A stretch of 63,125 nucleotides of DNA, filler included, from Nemertoderma westbladi (taxonomy: Eukaryota > Animalia > Xenacoelomorpha), in NCBI GenBank assembly GCA_032718475.1. It is 3 parts of 3 records of this genome, joined end to end, with 100 filler letters (N's around TTAATTAATTAA, not from the genome) between each part and the next. Parts side by side here need not be neighbours in the genome. Positions count along the whole stretch, not along the records: positions 50,569 to 63,125 come from JAUCBJ010006242.1; 2 more parts are not named here. One strand, given 5' to 3'. The position numbers were made by a program, and so were the translations under genes. Below, piece after piece: positions 60,739 to 63,125 of this stretch. A model generated the notes under the pieces. The model had not been told where the DNA came from and did no database searches. It was given only the letters and a program-made list of their open reading frames with translations. Position 1 is the first letter of the stretch, and every line of letters starts with the position of its first letter.

Positions 60739-61869
60739 ATGGATTGTTTTACTTTATCTACCAACAGCTTTGCTGTAGATGTTTACAAGGAGATTGTAAA
60801 TACCCGATCTGATTCCAACATTCTGATCAGTCCAATTAGTATAATTACAGTGCTATCAATGACATATGGGGGTGCTGCAGGGGAAACTAAAGAACAGATG
60901 AGAAGTGTTCTACATTACACGGGCCAAAATGATGATGACATACATAAAGCCATTCATTCATTACAAACTTATCTTTATAGAGATGATAAGCCATACACTC
61001 TCGATGGGGCTAATAAGTTGTTTGCGCAAGAAGATTTCCGATTTAAAGATGAATTTTTAGCGCTGACCAAAGAACAATACGGGTCAGAGTTAGAGAAAGT
61101 CAACTTTAAGACATCTTTCAATGAAGTTCGAATACAGATCAATAACTGGGTGGAATCCATGACGAAAGATCGAATAAAGGATCTCATTGGTGAGGATGTT
61201 CTCAATTCTCTGACCAGATTGGTTCTGGTAAATGCTTTGTATTTCAAAGGAGAATGGGTAACACAGTTTGATCCCAAGAAAACCTCCCAAGGAAAATTCA
61301 TTACCGAATCCAAAGGAGAGGTCGATGCGATGTTTATGTATATGACGGAAAAGTTTAATGTATTTCGTAGCAAAGAAGTCTATGCGTTGGAAATGCCATA
61401 CAAAGGAGAGGATCTGTCTATGGTATTTATATTGCTACATCGCGGAATTTCAGACATCGAAGCCAAACTGAGCAGCGAATGGTTAGCCGAGGTGTTCAAA
61501 GGGTTTAGGAAGATCGAATTAGATGTTCGTATCCCTAAGTTTAAACTGGAAGATTCTTTCAGTTTGAAGGATACGCTTTCAGCTATGGGGATGTCGAATC
61601 TGTTTTCGGAAGAGCTTTGCGATCTATCTGGAGTGACTGGCGCTAGAGATCTGTTTGTTAGTGCCGTTCTACATAAGACCTTTGTGGAGATTAACGAAGA
61701 GGGTTCTGAAGCTGCTGCTGCTACGGCTGCTGTTGCGACGATGCGCAGCGGAATGGTGACACCTCCTTTCGAACTCAATCGGCCTTTTCTTTTCGCTATT
61801 AGAGAAAAAACAGATGGCAATCTACTCTTCTTGGGTAAAGTTACCAACCCTGGTCCACTACAAACGTAA
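60739..61869 (+). CDS. Intracellular inhibitory serpin (clade B-like), 376 aa, P1-P1' Arg-Ser
   Basis: NILISPISI, GAAGET, INNWVESMT, LVLVNALYFKGEW, IPKFKLE; hinge EEGSEAAAAT, RCL AAVATMR-SG, FELNRPFLF. No signal peptide; single coding exon. Confidence 0.95.
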   Translation: MDCFTLSTNSFAVDVYKEIVNTRSDSNILISPISIITVLSMTYGGAAGETKEQMRSVLHYTGQNDDDIHKAIHSLQTYLYRDDKPYTLDGANKLFAQEDFRFKDEFLALTKEQYGSELEKVNFKTSFNEVRIQINNWVESMTKDRIKDLIGEDVLNSLTRLVLVNALYFKGEWVTQFDPKKTSQGKFITESKGEVDAMFMYMTEKFNVFRSKEVYALEMPYKGEDLSMVFILLHRGISDIEAKLSSEWLAEVFKGFRKIELDVRIPKFKLEDSFSLKDTLSAMGMSNLFSEELCDLSGVTGARDLFVSAVLHKTFVEINEEGSEAAAATAAVATMRSGMVTPPFELNRPFLFAIREKTDGNLLFLGKVTNPGPLQT

Positions 61870-63125
61870 AGAAACTATAAACTCTTCTGGTATAAAATGC
61901 TCTACATTCATGAATCATTTTCCAGTCCCACACATGTGGTTATTGCTTATTGATTAGTGATGAAACTGGATCAAATTTTCCGGATCTGGGATTGGTATGG
62001 TACTTTGATTCAAATTTTCTGGATCTGGTTTTCAGCTTTACATATAATTTTACTTTATATTGTCAGTATATGTTTCGGTGCAAATGAAATTGGGTTGGGA
62101 TTTGTGATCCATTTTATAAAATTGACTATAATTAATTAATTAAGTAATTAATTACTGTATTTCATTTTTAAGATAATCAATGAGCTTAAGTCAAACAGTT
62201 CTATTCATAGTGTAGTATAGGCCTACTACACTAACTAGTGAAAAACATTTTTGAAGGATTGCAATTTACGGCGGTATCGGGATCCCGATTATTGTTGGTA
62301 CACAAAGTTGAATATACAATATGACACTGCTTGTGGTGCTTTATTCTAAGCTAACCTGTAAAACAAATAAATATAAATGTTAATTTTATGGTAATTCTAT
62401 GTTAATTTATGATAAATGTTGGTGTTTTGGGCACCAGATGAGATAGATATAATTATTTATACACTAGCTGGCATGACCGTCCTCACGGTACCAGCATATT
62501 GTATAGTAGCGGTTTCATCGGAAATGTACGGATACGGAAACATCGGAAATGAAATAACCAACCATTAAAACCTCCATAACAAAATTTTAGCTCGTTGGTA
62601 TGCTTTCCTATTACTTTCAGTCAGTATGTCGGTACATTCAATTATTACCATTACTTTGACAGACACATCGCTGGACATACATAATAACTTACAGACAGAC
62701 ATATAAGGTTTTGTTAAAAGTGAAAACTGACGTTGGAAATGAAATCAGCAACAATGAAAACCCCCCGAACATAATAACTTTTACCCATATAAGAATGCTT
62801 TTGTTATATTTTGACAGAAAAACCGTCAGTAATACAATCCCCGACAGACACTTTTCACAGATACTTACAAAGAGTAAGGTTAACAATATCACTCATAACT
62901 TAGAACATAACATAACTAAGAAAACAATAACGCATTTAGTTGATAAACATTAAACAGCCTTACGCTATTGAAACAATATGCTTAGTTAGTAGCTTAGTCA
63001 ACATGGGATGAGAGTAGAATATGAATGTGTTGAAAACGAAATAAGAAAAAAAAATTGGGCCAAAATTTCAAAAATGACGCAGCGCCTTGAAAAATTTCAC
63101 CGAAAAATGGACATAACTTTTGATT

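Noticed and set aside
60975-61847. Minus-strand ORFs within the serpin
   Set aside because: Antisense shadows.

Overview
Repeat-dense animal (invertebrate-like) genomic scaffold with two 100-bp assembly gaps. Only two host genes are evident: a two-exon secreted Ly6/three-finger-type protein (minus strand, 9.7-kb intron filled by nested transposons) and an intronless intracellular serpin. The rest is mobile DNA: an apparently intact, spliced Sola2 DNA transposon; a non-autonomous EnSpm/CACTA element carrying a decayed SAMD3-like gene; CRE, RTE and RTEX/L2-like LINEs; a Mag-type Ty3/Gypsy element next to a 26-bp satellite; many foldback MITEs; and the 3' half of a BEL/Pao element. The BEL/Pao element is the most unusual object. 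In the env position it carries an intact 866-aa ORF with a DEDDy-like 3'-5' exonuclease fold and CCHC knuckles. That ORF is flanked by arrays of covarying RNA hairpins: five kink-turn hairpins (four with an intact UUCG loop), plus a 27-nt apical motif that recurs identically inside the ORF itself. A candidate 3.1-kb LTR follows. All family assignments come from motifs recognised by eye; no searches were run.
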